A DNA stretch of 61,934 nt, counting the filler, from Actinomycetota bacterium (GTDB lineage: Bacteria; Actinomycetota; Acidimicrobiia; IMCC26256; VFJJ01): the NCBI GenBank assembly GCA_009886115.1. It is 7 parts of 7 records of this genome, joined end to end, with 100 filler letters (N's around TTAATTAATTAA, not from the genome) between each part and the next. Parts side by side here need not be neighbours in the genome. Positions count along the whole stretch, not along the records: positions 7,367 to 13,969 come from VFJJ01000059.1; positions 14,070 to 21,948 come from VFJJ01000153.1; 5 more parts are not named here. One strand, written 5' to 3'. Positions 10,107-19,659 of this stretch are shown here, one piece after another. Position numbers and translations under genes: made by a program. Within the stretch, counting starts at the first letter, position 1; each line of letters starts with the position of its first letter. The notes under the pieces were generated by a model that was given only the letters and a program-made list of their open reading frames with translations, had not been told where the DNA came from and did no database searches.

Positions 10107-11384
10107 CTAGCGCGGTCCCTTCGGAACGTCGCGGAAAGCGCCGTCGTCGCGGCGGGCCTCGCGGGGCATGCCGAGCAGCCGCTCGGCGATGACGTTGCGG
10201 GCCATCTCGGTGGTGCCGCCACCGATGCAGGCGGCCTGACGGACGAGCCAGCTCTGCCCGACGCCGGCGCGCTGGTCGTCGCCGGGCTCCCACATCACCC
10301 CGTCGGCGCCGGTGAGCTCGAGCGCGAGCGCAGCCTTGCGCACCTGGGACGTGCCGCTGAAGAGTCGGCTCATCGCCGCAGCGTGGAAGGGAAGCTCGCC
10401 GGTCTGCATCTTCCTGGTGACCGACGAGACCAATGCGTCGCTCACCAACGTCAGCGCCCGGGCCTCGCCGATGATCTCCAGCGCTCGGGGATCGTCGACG
10501 GTTCCGAGCTCGCGGGCGACCGCGGCGAGACGGGGTCCGTCGTTGGGGGCGTTGTGCGACCGGCCGGTGCTGGTGACGTAGGGGGAGCCGCCCGAGATCG
10601 TCCGCTCGTGGTGCAGCCAGCGGGTCATCACCGTCCAGCCGCCGTCGACGTCGCCGATGCGGTCACGGTCGTCGACGACCACGTCGGTGAGGAACTCCTG
10701 GCAGAACTCGACCGACCCGTTCAGCAGCTCGATGCGGTGGATCTCCAGCCCCGGCGTTCGCAGGGGGAGCGCGAACACGGTGAGCCCGCGGTGCTTCTCG
10801 ACCTCCCAGTTGGTACGAGCGAGGCACATGGCCCAGTCGCTGTACCAGGCGCCGGTGGTCCAGATCTTGGAGCCGTTGAGGATCCACTGGTCGCCGTCGC
10901 GGGTGGCGGTGGTGAGCGCCCCTGCGGCGTCGGACCCGCCGCTCGGTTCGGAGAGCAGCTGGGCCCAGATGGCCTCGCCCTTGAGCATCGGCGGAATGTG
11001 GCGGAGCTTCTGCTCCTCGGTGCCGAACTCGAGCAGGACGGCCATGCACGGGATGAACGTCGACGCCTGGATCTCGATCGGGTGGTCGAATCCCCGCAGC
11101 TCCCGGTTGAACGCGGCTTGGTGCGCAGGCGTGAGGCCCTGCCCGCCGTACTCGGGCGCGACGCAGATACCGGCGAACCCACCGTCGTGGAGGAGACGCT
11201 GCAATCGGCGGCACGTGTCGATGCGGACGAGATCGTGGTCGTCACTGCGCGACGACGTGTCGGTGAAGAAGAAGTGCCCGGCCGTCGGATCGGCGGGCGG
11301 CATGTTCTCGGCCAGCCAGGCGCGGGCCCGGGCGGCGAACTCCTCGACGGGGACGTCGGCGGGGACGTCGGCGGTGCTGCTCAT
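10107..11384 (-). CDS. Acyl-CoA dehydrogenase
   Basis: QLLSEPSGGSD, LNGSKIWTT and IGGGTTEMARNVIAERLLG motifs. ATG 11384 preceded by GGAG. Confidence 0.9.
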   Translation of the reverse strand: MSSTADVPADVPVEEFAARARAWLAENMPPADPTAGHFFFTDTSSRSDDHDLVRIDTCRRLQRLLHDGGFAGICVAPEYGGQGLTPAHQAAFNRELRGFDHPIEIQASTFIPCMAVLLEFGTEEQKLRHIPPMLKGEAIWAQLLSEPSGGSDAAGALTTATRDGDQWILNGSKIWTTGAWYSDWAMCLARTNWEVEKHRGLTVFALPLRTPGLEIHRIELLNGSVEFCQEFLTDVVVDDRDRIGDVDGGWTVMTRWLHHERTISGGSPYVTSTGRSHNAPNDGPRLAAVARELGTVDDPRALEIIGEARALTLVSDALVSSVTRKMQTGELPFHAAAMSRLFSGTSQVRKAALALELTGADGVMWEPGDDQRAGVGQSWLVRQAACIGGGTTEMARNVIAERLLGMPREARRDDGAFRDVPKGPR

Positions 11385-11403
11385 GGGCTGACTCCGCTCC
11401 CGT

Positions 11404-12531
11404 TCATCCGGCAACTCCTTGTGCGACAACGAGACGGCCGAGGCGGCGGGCGAACTCGGCGGGCGAGCCGTACAGGTTGGCATCGAGCACGGTCCGGCGC
11501 AGGAACAGGTGCAGGTCGCAGTCGTTGGTGACGCCGATCCCGCCGTGGAGCTGGATGCAGTCCTGGATGGCCTCGGGTCCGTGCCGGCCGACGTGGGCCA
11601 TCCCGGCGCTGGCCAGGGCCCGGCCGGAACCGGAACCGGAACCGGAACCGGAGCCTGAGCCGACGAGGGACGCGGCCCGGGCCGCGACGGCTTCGGCTGC
11701 CTCGACCTGGGTTCGCAGATCGGCCATGCGGTGCTTGATCTCCTGGTACGAGTTGAGCGGGCGGCCGAACGAGTACCGGTTGGCCACCCAGTCCAGCGTC
11801 ATGGCGAACGCTCGGTGCAACGCGCCGGCCATCTCGCCCAACGCGAGGACCGAGGCCACGTCGAGCAACTCGTCGTCGTGCTCGGCCGCCGCGCCCATCG
11901 CACCCACCCAGGCGGCGCCCGGCAGCGTCACCCCATCGAGCGTCACGTCCCAGAATCGCCGGGTCTGGTCGACGCCCTTCAGCGGCGTGAGCGCGACACC
12001 TGGCGCGGCGAGCGGCACCAGCACGTGCGACCGTCCCTCAGGCTCGTCGACGCTCACGAGGACGTACCGGGCATCGGCTGCGCTCTCGACCGACCGGACC
12101 CGACCAGACACCACGACGCCGGTGCTCGACCGTGTCGCCGTGCACGCACTGCGATGACCCCAGGCAGCGACGGCATCGCCGGCCAGGATCTCCGCCAGGG
12201 GGCCAGCCTGCTGATCGGCCGAGCCCCACGTTCCCAGCGCGCGGGCGACGAGATTGGTCCCGAAGAGCGGTCCGGGCGCGGCGTGCCGTCCGAACAACGA
12301 GGCCACGATCAGCAGATCGGCGAGACCGTTCCCGCTGAGCGAACCGCCCCCGGCCGACTCGGGCACGAGGAGCGTCGTCCAGCCGAGCGCGGCGGCCTCG
12401 CGCCAGAGGGGCGCCTCGAAGACCGCCTCGGCTCGAGCCAACGCTCGGACCCGCTCCGCCGGGTACTGCGACTCCACGAAGCGAGCCGACGTGCTCTCGA
12501 ACACCTGCTGGTCTTCGCTCTGCGCGAACAT
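11404..12531 (-). CDS. Acyl-CoA dehydrogenase-like subunit (partner of a tandem ACAD pair)
   Basis: RYSFGRPLNSYQEIKHRMAD and IQLHGGIG motifs. Degenerate middle domain, adjacent to a complete ACAD. Confidence 0.85.
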   Translation of the reverse strand: MFAQSEDQQVFESTSARFVESQYPAERVRALARAEAVFEAPLWREAAALGWTTLLVPESAGGGSLSGNGLADLLIVASLFGRHAAPGPLFGTNLVARALGTWGSADQQAGPLAEILAGDAVAAWGHRSACTATRSSTGVVVSGRVRSVESAADARYVLVSVDEPEGRSHVLVPLAAPGVALTPLKGVDQTRRFWDVTLDGVTLPGAAWVGAMGAAAEHDDELLDVASVLALGEMAGALHRAFAMTLDWVANRYSFGRPLNSYQEIKHRMADLRTQVEAAEAVAARAASLVGSGSGSGSGSGSGRALASAGMAHVGRHGPEAIQDCIQLHGGIGVTNDCDLHLFLRRTVLDANLYGSPAEFARRLGRLVVAQGVAG

Positions 12532-12686
12532 CGCCACACCGTATCTCAAAGATGTAGATGATTCATCGATCAAGCGTACCGGTCGGCAACGGCCCCGAGG
12601 CACTCGCCAGCCTCCGGTCAAACATAATGTTCCGAGATGATCGACGGCTCGACCTCGATGGTGTCCTCCTCGGCCGGGGTGCCCCG

Positions 12687-13766
12687 GTGAGCGAAACCAC
12701 GCCCGGCTCGACCCCCTGGCGGCGAACCCCAGCGCAGGTGCACGAAGGCCTCGCCGCATGGGCCCGGACGTGGCGGGGCGGCAATGCCGAGGTGAGCGAC
12801 GTGTGCTCTCCGGGCAGTGGCATGGCCAACGACACCGTCCTGTTCCGTCTCGACGGCGAGCGGCTGGTCGCCCGTCTGGCGCCGGCTCCGGACTCTCCGT
12901 TCCCCACATTCCCCACGTTCGACCTCGAGCTCCAGGAGCGAGTGATGCACCTGGTTGGCACACGCACCTCGGTCCCGGTTCCCGAGGTCGTCCACCACGA
13001 ACGGTCCGGGTCGTGGCTCGGGGCGCCGTTCCTCGTGACCCGCGAGGTCGAGGGCGAGGTCCCCTCCGACAATCCGCCCTACCTCCTCGACCCGACGGGG
13101 TGGTTCCTCAAGGGCACGCCCGAACAGTGGCGCCGGCTGGAGCTCTCGACCATCGAGGTGTTGGTGCAGCTGCACCAGATCGCCGACGACATCGAGGAGA
13201 CGGGGTTCCTGCGTCCTGCAACGCCGGGCGAGACGGCGCTGGCCCGCCACCTCGCCAGCCTGGGCGCGTACTACGAGTGGGCGCGTGAAGGCGAGCGCAT
13301 CCCGATCCTCGAACGGGCGATCGACGTGCTGACGGCGACGATGCCGGCCACCGAGCGGAGTGTCCTGAACTGGGGCGACAGCCGGCCGGGCAACGTGCTC
13401 TACCGCGACTTCCAACCGGTGGCCGTGCTCGATTGGGAGATGGCCGGCGTGGGCCCGCCCGAGCTCGACGTCGCATGGAGCACGTTCTTCCAGCGCTTCT
13501 GGTCGTTCATGGCCGGCTTGTACGGAGCGCCGGAGGTGCCTGCGATGTTCGCGTCCGACACGACAGCCGAGACCTATCGACGTCTCTCGGGCGGTCCGCT
13601 CGACGATCTCGCCTGGTACGAGGCGGCCGCCGGGTTGCGCTTCGGGATCATCCTGCTGCGGATGAGCCACCGAAGCATCGCCTTCGGGCAAGGCCCGCCT
13701 CCGGGCGATCCCGACGGCCACGTCATGTTCGCACCGCTGCTCGCCCAGTTGCTCGACGCGCTCTGA
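12687..13766 (+). CDS. Phosphotransferase family protein (APH/ACAD10-like kinase fold)
   Basis: LNWGDSRPGNVL and AVLDWEMA motifs. GTG 12687 chosen as the start. Confidence 0.85.
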   Translation: MSETTPGSTPWRRTPAQVHEGLAAWARTWRGGNAEVSDVCSPGSGMANDTVLFRLDGERLVARLAPAPDSPFPTFPTFDLELQERVMHLVGTRTSVPVPEVVHHERSGSWLGAPFLVTREVEGEVPSDNPPYLLDPTGWFLKGTPEQWRRLELSTIEVLVQLHQIADDIEETGFLRPATPGETALARHLASLGAYYEWAREGERIPILERAIDVLTATMPATERSVLNWGDSRPGNVLYRDFQPVAVLDWEMAGVGPPELDVAWSTFFQRFWSFMAGLYGAPEVPAMFASDTTAETYRRLSGGPLDDLAWYEAAAGLRFGIILLRMSHRSIAFGQGPPPGDPDGHVMFAPLLAQLLDAL

Positions 13767-13821
13767 CGGGAGCCGTCGGTCTCGATCGTTCGACCACTTC
13801 TGAGGATCGTGCCCTCCGCAC

Positions 13822-13969
13822 ATGCGCTTCCACCTCGACGAGACCCAGCTGGCGCTTCGTGATGCCGTACACGGGTCCTGCGCGGACCGGCTCGCCCTCG
13901 ACCGTGTCGCCGAGCGGGAGGGTCGGCCCGCCGATGCTGCGGTGTGGCACGGCCTCGCCGGTCTCGGCG
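13822..13969 (+). CDS. Acyl-CoA dehydrogenase N-terminus (3' partial)
   Basis: MRFHLDETQLALRDAV...VWHGLAGLG is a typical ACAD N-terminus. Cut by the linker. Confidence 0.7.
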
Positions 13970-14069
13970 NNNNNNNNNNNNNNNNNNNNNNNNNNNNNNN
14001 NNNNNNNNNNNNNTTAATTAATTAANNNNNNNNNNNNNNNNNNNNNNNNNNNNNNNNNNNNNNNNNNNN
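13970..14069. other. Artificial contig linker
   Basis: N44-TTAATTAATTAA-N44. Confidence 0.98.
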
Positions 14070-17000
14070 GCCTCGACGCCCAGGTTGCATGCCGCCGAGA
14101 ACCCGACGTTGGCGGCGTTGGCGATCACGCGCACGCCCGGATGGCTCTCGACGTACTCGGCGAGCCACGCGGCCGTGCCGTCGGTCGAGGCGTTGTCGAC
14201 CACGACGAGGTCGCAGGGATCGTGACGCAGCACGCTGTCGAGACACGCGGCGATCGTCGACATCGAGTTGTAGGTGACGACAATCACCGAGGCCGACGCG
14301 AGCGGGAGCCCCGCGCCGCTGCCGGCGCTGCTCGGACCTTCGACGATGTCGGGTGCCGGGAGCAGCACGCTCGAGTGCCTCAGGCGACGATCGGCCGCTG
14401 ACCCGATCGCCTCGACGAGGCCCGGGGTCACCGCGTGCAGACGTACCTCGGAACCGGCGGCACCCAGGCGGATCTCGGCGGCCGACTCGCCGTCGTCGAG
14501 GAGGGACTCCACCTCGTGGCGGGCCGCCCCCCAGTCGGGGGTCACGAGGCGCTCGCCGGCGCCGAGCACGATGGCGGAGCGCTCGCGCAGCTCGGCGACG
14601 ACGGCCGAGGCCTGGTCGGGGTTCGTCCAGTCGACGCCCACGACCCTGACGCTGGCCGCCATCTCGCCCAACGTCAGCTCGGTGGCCGCGATCCCGGCAC
14701 GTTCCATGACCGTGACCCGATCGGCCACGGCCAGCAGGCTCTGAGCGCTCACCGCGGCCCGGTTGGGGTTGCCGTCGGCGAGGACCAGGCCGTGAACCAG
14801 GCCGGCCCCGGCGAAACCGCCGTCACGACCGTCGAGACCGTCGCGAGCGCTGAAGCGGCGGCCGGCGGTGGCCATCACGGCGGCGAAGTCGATGCCGAGC
14901 TCTTTGAACGTCGCGCTGCCGTGGTGCAGGACGATCGACCCGTCGGCGACCCGAAGCGTGAGCCCCGCAGCCCGGACCCGCGCGCAGAGCTCGTCGTCCT
15001 CGAAGTTGCCGATCCCGAAGCCCTCGTCGAACCCGCCGAGCCGTTCGAACAGCTCGCGCCGGGCCAGCAGGCAGAACCCGACGAGCCGGGCGGTCGGCCA
15101 GGTCCGTCCCAGGCGCTCGGTCGACCAGCGTCGAGCCCACGACGTGATGTTGGCGCGATCTCGAATGGGAGGCGCGTCGGGGACGATCTGGAGCCCGGAG
15201 ATCGAGTTCGAGCGCGGCCCGACGAGACCGGTGCCCGGGATCTCGAGGGCCGCGATCATCTCGGTCAACCAGCCCGCGGTGACCTCGGTGTCGTTGTTGA
15301 GCACGCACACGAGATCGCCCGACGAGACGGCGATCCCTTGGTTGACCGCGGTCGGGAATCCCAGGTTCCGCTGGTTCGACACGACGATCAGGTCGCCGCT
15401 CCCGCCGCTCCCGCTACCTCCGGCGAGCTCGACGAGCTCCGCGAGCCGAGTGGGGGTCTCGTCGCTCGAACCGTTGTCGACCACCACGATCTCGAGGGTG
15501 GCCTCGGCGTGCTCGGCCAGCGAGTCGAGACACGCCCGGGTGAGCTTCCAGTTGTTCCAGACCGGGATCACGACCGAGACCACACCGTCGCGGGGCGCCT
15601 CGGGCCGGGGGAAGGACGCGTGGCGGGCGACGTGCGCCGGCCGGGCCTCGCCGATGCGGGCCAGGATCCGTCGGGCCAGGGTCTCGTCGACCCGGTCGGC
15701 GACGATCTCCACCCGGTCGGTGAGCGCCCCCAACTCGGCGGCGTCACCGGCGAAGGCGGTGACCGCATCGAGCGCGGCGAGCGTGCAGACGGCGAAGTCG
15801 TGTTCGAGGCTCCGGGCGCTGCAGTGCACCACGGCGCCGGTCGGCAGAGCCCCGACGACACCGGCGGGACGGGGTACCAGTTGCTCCCAGGTCGCCCGGT
15901 TCGGGGCGTCGGTCTGCGGATCACCGCCGAACAGGAGCAACCCGTGGGCTTCGTAGGGCTCGTGGTCGCGGCGCTGCCACGGCGCACCCGTTTTCTCCCA
16001 GCGGTACACGGGTTGCAGCCCTCCGTCGTGCAGGACCCGGGCTGCACCACAGAGCCCGGCCCGCTCGTCGTCGGGGAGATCGATGACCGAGCGATCGCCG
16101 AGGAACACGACACACGGGCCGAACACGTCGCCCAGGCTGGCCCCGGGCATGTCACTGGGTGCCGGCTCCTGGCTGACCGCGGCGGCGCCGCCCAGGTAGC
16201 GGCCGACGACCGGCCCGCCACCGGCGGCCCGCAGCGCACCGGCGGTGGCGATCAACGGCGCGACGAGACCAGCACGCGGACGGTCGACGGTGACGATCGG
16301 AGCCCGGCCCCAGATCATCCCCACGGCGAAGTTCGTTCCCGTGACGTCGGCCCCGGCGTGGACCACACGTCCGTCGGGGTCGACCACGCGGACCCCCACT
16401 GAGATCCGGTGGCGGCACCATCCGTCCCACAGCGCCTGGATCCAGTCGGCGGCGGGAACCAGGTCGGCCAAGACCACCAGGACCGGGGCATCGTCATCGA
16501 CCCCGGTGATTGCGCTCGCCACGTCGGCGATCGAGCCCACCGTGCCCAGGACCCGCAGCGCGAGGCGCGACGGCAGCGATGCCCGCACCCCGACCGGCCC
16601 GACCGATCCCGCATCGCCGACGAACACCACGGCGAGCTCGGCGTCGACGTCGGTGGAGGTGTCGACGGTCCCCGTGAGCGCCTCGATGGCGCGTTCGATC
16701 GTGTGCTCGTCCCACGGGCGACGGGCTGCCAGGAACCAGCCGTAGCCGAAGACTCCCGGCGTCGCGGTCCGGAAATCGCGGACCTGGCGCTCGACCGAGA
16801 ACCCGGTTGCGGCGAGCGCCTCCGAGACGGCCCCCACATCCTCAGCACCGACCCGGGCGATCACGAGCCCTGCGCCGTCGAGCACGCGGAGGACATCGCT
16901 CGCCGAGAGGCCCTCGAACGGGCCGGCGCCCGGCGGCGGGGTCACCACGACGACGTCGACCGAGCCGTCCGGCAGGCTCGCCAGGTCGGCACGGGTCGTC

Positions 17001-19195
17001 ACCTCGACCATCCGGCTCCCGGAGGGCACGAGATCTTCGAGCGTCACGCCCCGGGCGGTCCCGTCCGCCGTCCCGGTCCCATGTGTCGTCCCGGCCCCCT
17101 GCGTCTTCTCCGTCCCACCCGCCGTCGTCACCGACTGCCCGGCCACCGCTCGTCGCAGGTCGGTCGCCGCCTGGGCGAAGCCGAGTGTCTCCAGCCGATG
17201 CACGAGACCGTCAGCGGTGGCGGGATCGAGCATCTGGGCCAGCGCCAGCCGGCGTCCGAACCCGTCCCAGTCTCGGGCCACCATCGCAGCGGTCAGGGCT
17301 GCGGCCACGGCTCGGGGCTCGCGCCCCCCCGCGTCGAGGTACCGCTCGACGAACGCGACGAGCTGCTCGGACGGGAGCAGCTTCACCGCCGCGTCGACGG
17401 CACCCGGCCCGGTGCTCGCCAGGGCCAGGTCGACGTACCGGGCGAGCAGCTCCTCGCCGGCGTCCAGCGAAGCGACCCCAGCGCGCAGCAGGGCCTCCCA
17501 GTGCGCGAGGCCGTCGGGTCGTTCGACAAGCAGGTCCTCGGCCTCACGGGACGCGTCCTCGAAACGACTGGTTCGGGCCAGCGCCCACACGAGGCGGCTC
17601 AGGATCGCCGCCTTCCCGTCGACGTCGACGAACACCGGGGCGAGCGGCGGGCGGTCGCGGATGTGCTCGATGGCGGCGATGAGCTCCTCGGGGCGATCGA
17701 GGGCCTCGCAGATCCGGGCATGGATCTCGGTGTGGAAGTCGAGCGCCGGCCAGATCTCGACGCCCTCCCGGGTGTGCGCCAACGCCTCGTGGAGCCGATC
17801 GAGACCCACGAGCATGTTCGCCGCGAAGCCGTGGGCCATGGCCCCGACGTCGGTCGACAGTCCGGGCGTCGACAGCGCCTCCTCGAAGCACCCGAGCGCG
17901 CGGGCGCCGACCTTGCCGGCGTAGACGAGCGCCCGCCCCAGCTCGAACGCTGTGCGGGCCGTCGGCTCGGCCGCGTGAGCGGCTTCGCAGATCTCCAGGT
18001 TCCGGGCCGTCTTGTCGCGCCCGGCGATGACCTCGCTCAGGTACCCGTGGTGCTCGATGTCGAGCGAGAACAGCCGGTGGCCCTTGAACGCCACCGGCTC
18101 GGCGTCAGGGCCGACGTAGTGGACCTTCTCGTGGATCGAACCGAACCAGCGGGTGCCGTCGGTCATGAAGATCCGCGTGTCCCAGAACTCCACGTTGCCT
18201 TCCGACGAGCGGTCGTCGTTCAGGTTGTCGATACCGACCTCGTAGCCGACGCTCGACCCCGCGAACGTCGCGAGCAGCCGCCGGACCATCGTCGTGTCAT
18301 CGCAGCGCACGCGCTCGTCGGCGTCGACCATCAGGACGAAATGGGCGTCGCGGCTGCGTTCCAGCACCTCGTTGCGGGCCCAGGCGAAGTCGTTGCGCCA
18401 CTCCCGCTCGATCACGTCGATCCCGAACGAGCGGGCAATCTCGACCGTGCGATCCGACGATCCCGTGTCGCACAGCTCGATCCGGTCGACGAGACCCTCG
18501 AGGGAGGCGAGACACCCGGCCAGCATCGCCTCCTCGTTCTTGACGATCAGGTTGGCCACGAGCAGGGGTCGACCGTCGCGGCTCGTCGGCGGCGAGAGCG
18601 CATCGAGGCAGTCGGCGTCGTGGACCGCCACCGCACCGGCGGCGGCGTGGTACCAGCCCGCCCGGTCGCACAGGAGCGCGTAGGGGTTCTCGAGTTGGTG
18701 CTCGGCGAGCTCGATCAGCTCGGCGCGGTCGGCCAGGAGGCACCCCGGGCGTACCTGGTAGACCGTCGCCTCCCGGCGACGCAGCTCCTGCATCGCCCGG
18801 GTCACGTGCTGCGACGCCCGGGCGAGGGGCGGCAGCGGGCCGGCGCAGTGGTCGGTGTCCATGTCGTTGGTCCACGGGACGACGTAGCCCCCGGTCCGGC
18901 GGCGGGTCTCGACCATCCGGCGGACGCCCTCGGCCGGGATCATGAGGTCGTCGTGCACGAGGAGGACGAGCCCAGGCCGGCACCCGCCCAACCCGCGCCG
19001 GATGGCCTCGGTGGCGCACCCCTCCACCACCGTGACCCGCTCGCCCGCCAGGTCGGCGGTCAACCCGGTGACGCTGGGCAGCGCGGCGACCACGACGACG
19101 CTCCCACGCACGCCGACGAGCTGCCGCGCCCGGCGCACCGAGGCCAACGTGGCCGTTCTGGGACCGAATGCCAGCACCACGACCTGATCGACCAT
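14070..19195 (-). CDS. Giant multidomain glycosyltransferase (several GT2 domains plus TPR region; 3' partial), candidate flagellin glycosyltransferase
   Basis: GT2 #1: LIVKNEE..DTGSSD..NDFAWARN..VDADE..IHE..HHGY, then TPR-like helices. GT2 #2: VSVVIPVWN..DNGSSD..LNNDT..GNFEDDELC. GT2 #3: SVIVVTYNS..DNASTD..NVGFS, cut by the linker. Confidence 0.88.
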
Positions 19196-19202
19196 GCCGA
19201 CA

Positions 19203-19229
19203 ACATCGGCCGCTACCCCGCCCAGCTAG
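19203..19229 (-). promoter_or_regulatory. Sigma-28 (FliA/WhiG)-like promoter of the glycosyltransferase
   Basis: Minus strand reads CTAG-N15-GCCGATGT, 7 nt before the ATG. Compare consensus TAAA-N15-GCCGATAA. Confidence 0.55.
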
Positions 19230-19273
19230 AGCGAAAAGCCGCGAACCTCACCCGCCCCTCCCAGCCCTTCCCG

Positions 19274-19320
19274 AAATGTGCGCGGAAACGTGCACCAGGT
19301 GAGCATTTCCGCGCATGTTT
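19274..19320. repeat. REP-like imperfect palindrome with C-rich/G-rich flanks
   Basis: AAATGTGCGCGGAAACGTGCACC-A-GGTGAGCATTTCCGCGCATGTTT. Confidence 0.7.
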
Positions 19321-19341
19321 GGAGGGGGTGGGGGTCTCAGG

Positions 19342-19659
19342 TCACGTGGAGAACGCGGCTCCCGCGCTGGCGTAGCCGGCGACGGCTCGGCGGGTGTCGC
19401 CGAGCTGGGTGATCTCCCGCTCGACCTCGGACAGTGCCTGCACGAGTCGCGGCTCCAGGCTCCGCCAGCGTTCGTCGAGGACGCTCCGACGAGCCCGACG
19501 GGCGCGATCGTGCGGGTCCGACGGGCTCAGCTCGCCCAGCTCACCAGCGCGCAGGGGGCTCAGAACCAGCTCGTCCCAGTCGCCATCTTCGAGCGCGGAC
19601 TCGAGCGCCGACAACGACGCCTCGAAGGCGTCGAGCGCCTCGTCCCACGGCTCGTTCAT
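19342..19659 (-). CDS. Small helical protein coupled to fliD (FliT-like chaperone, tentative)
   Basis: ATGA overlap with the fliD stop. 105 aa, predicted helical, Y near the C-terminus. Confidence 0.55.
   Translation of the reverse strand: MNEPWDEALDAFEASLSALESALEDGDWDELVLSPLRAGELGELSPSDPHDRARRARRSVLDERWRSLEPRLVQALSEVEREITQLGDTRRAVAGYASAGAAFST

Noticed and set aside
12618..12635. TCAAACATAATGTTCCGA as a LexA or KstR box
   Set aside because: AAC-N5-GTT spacing fits neither GAAC-N4-GTTC nor AAC-N2-GTT. It may be another operator, but there is no support.
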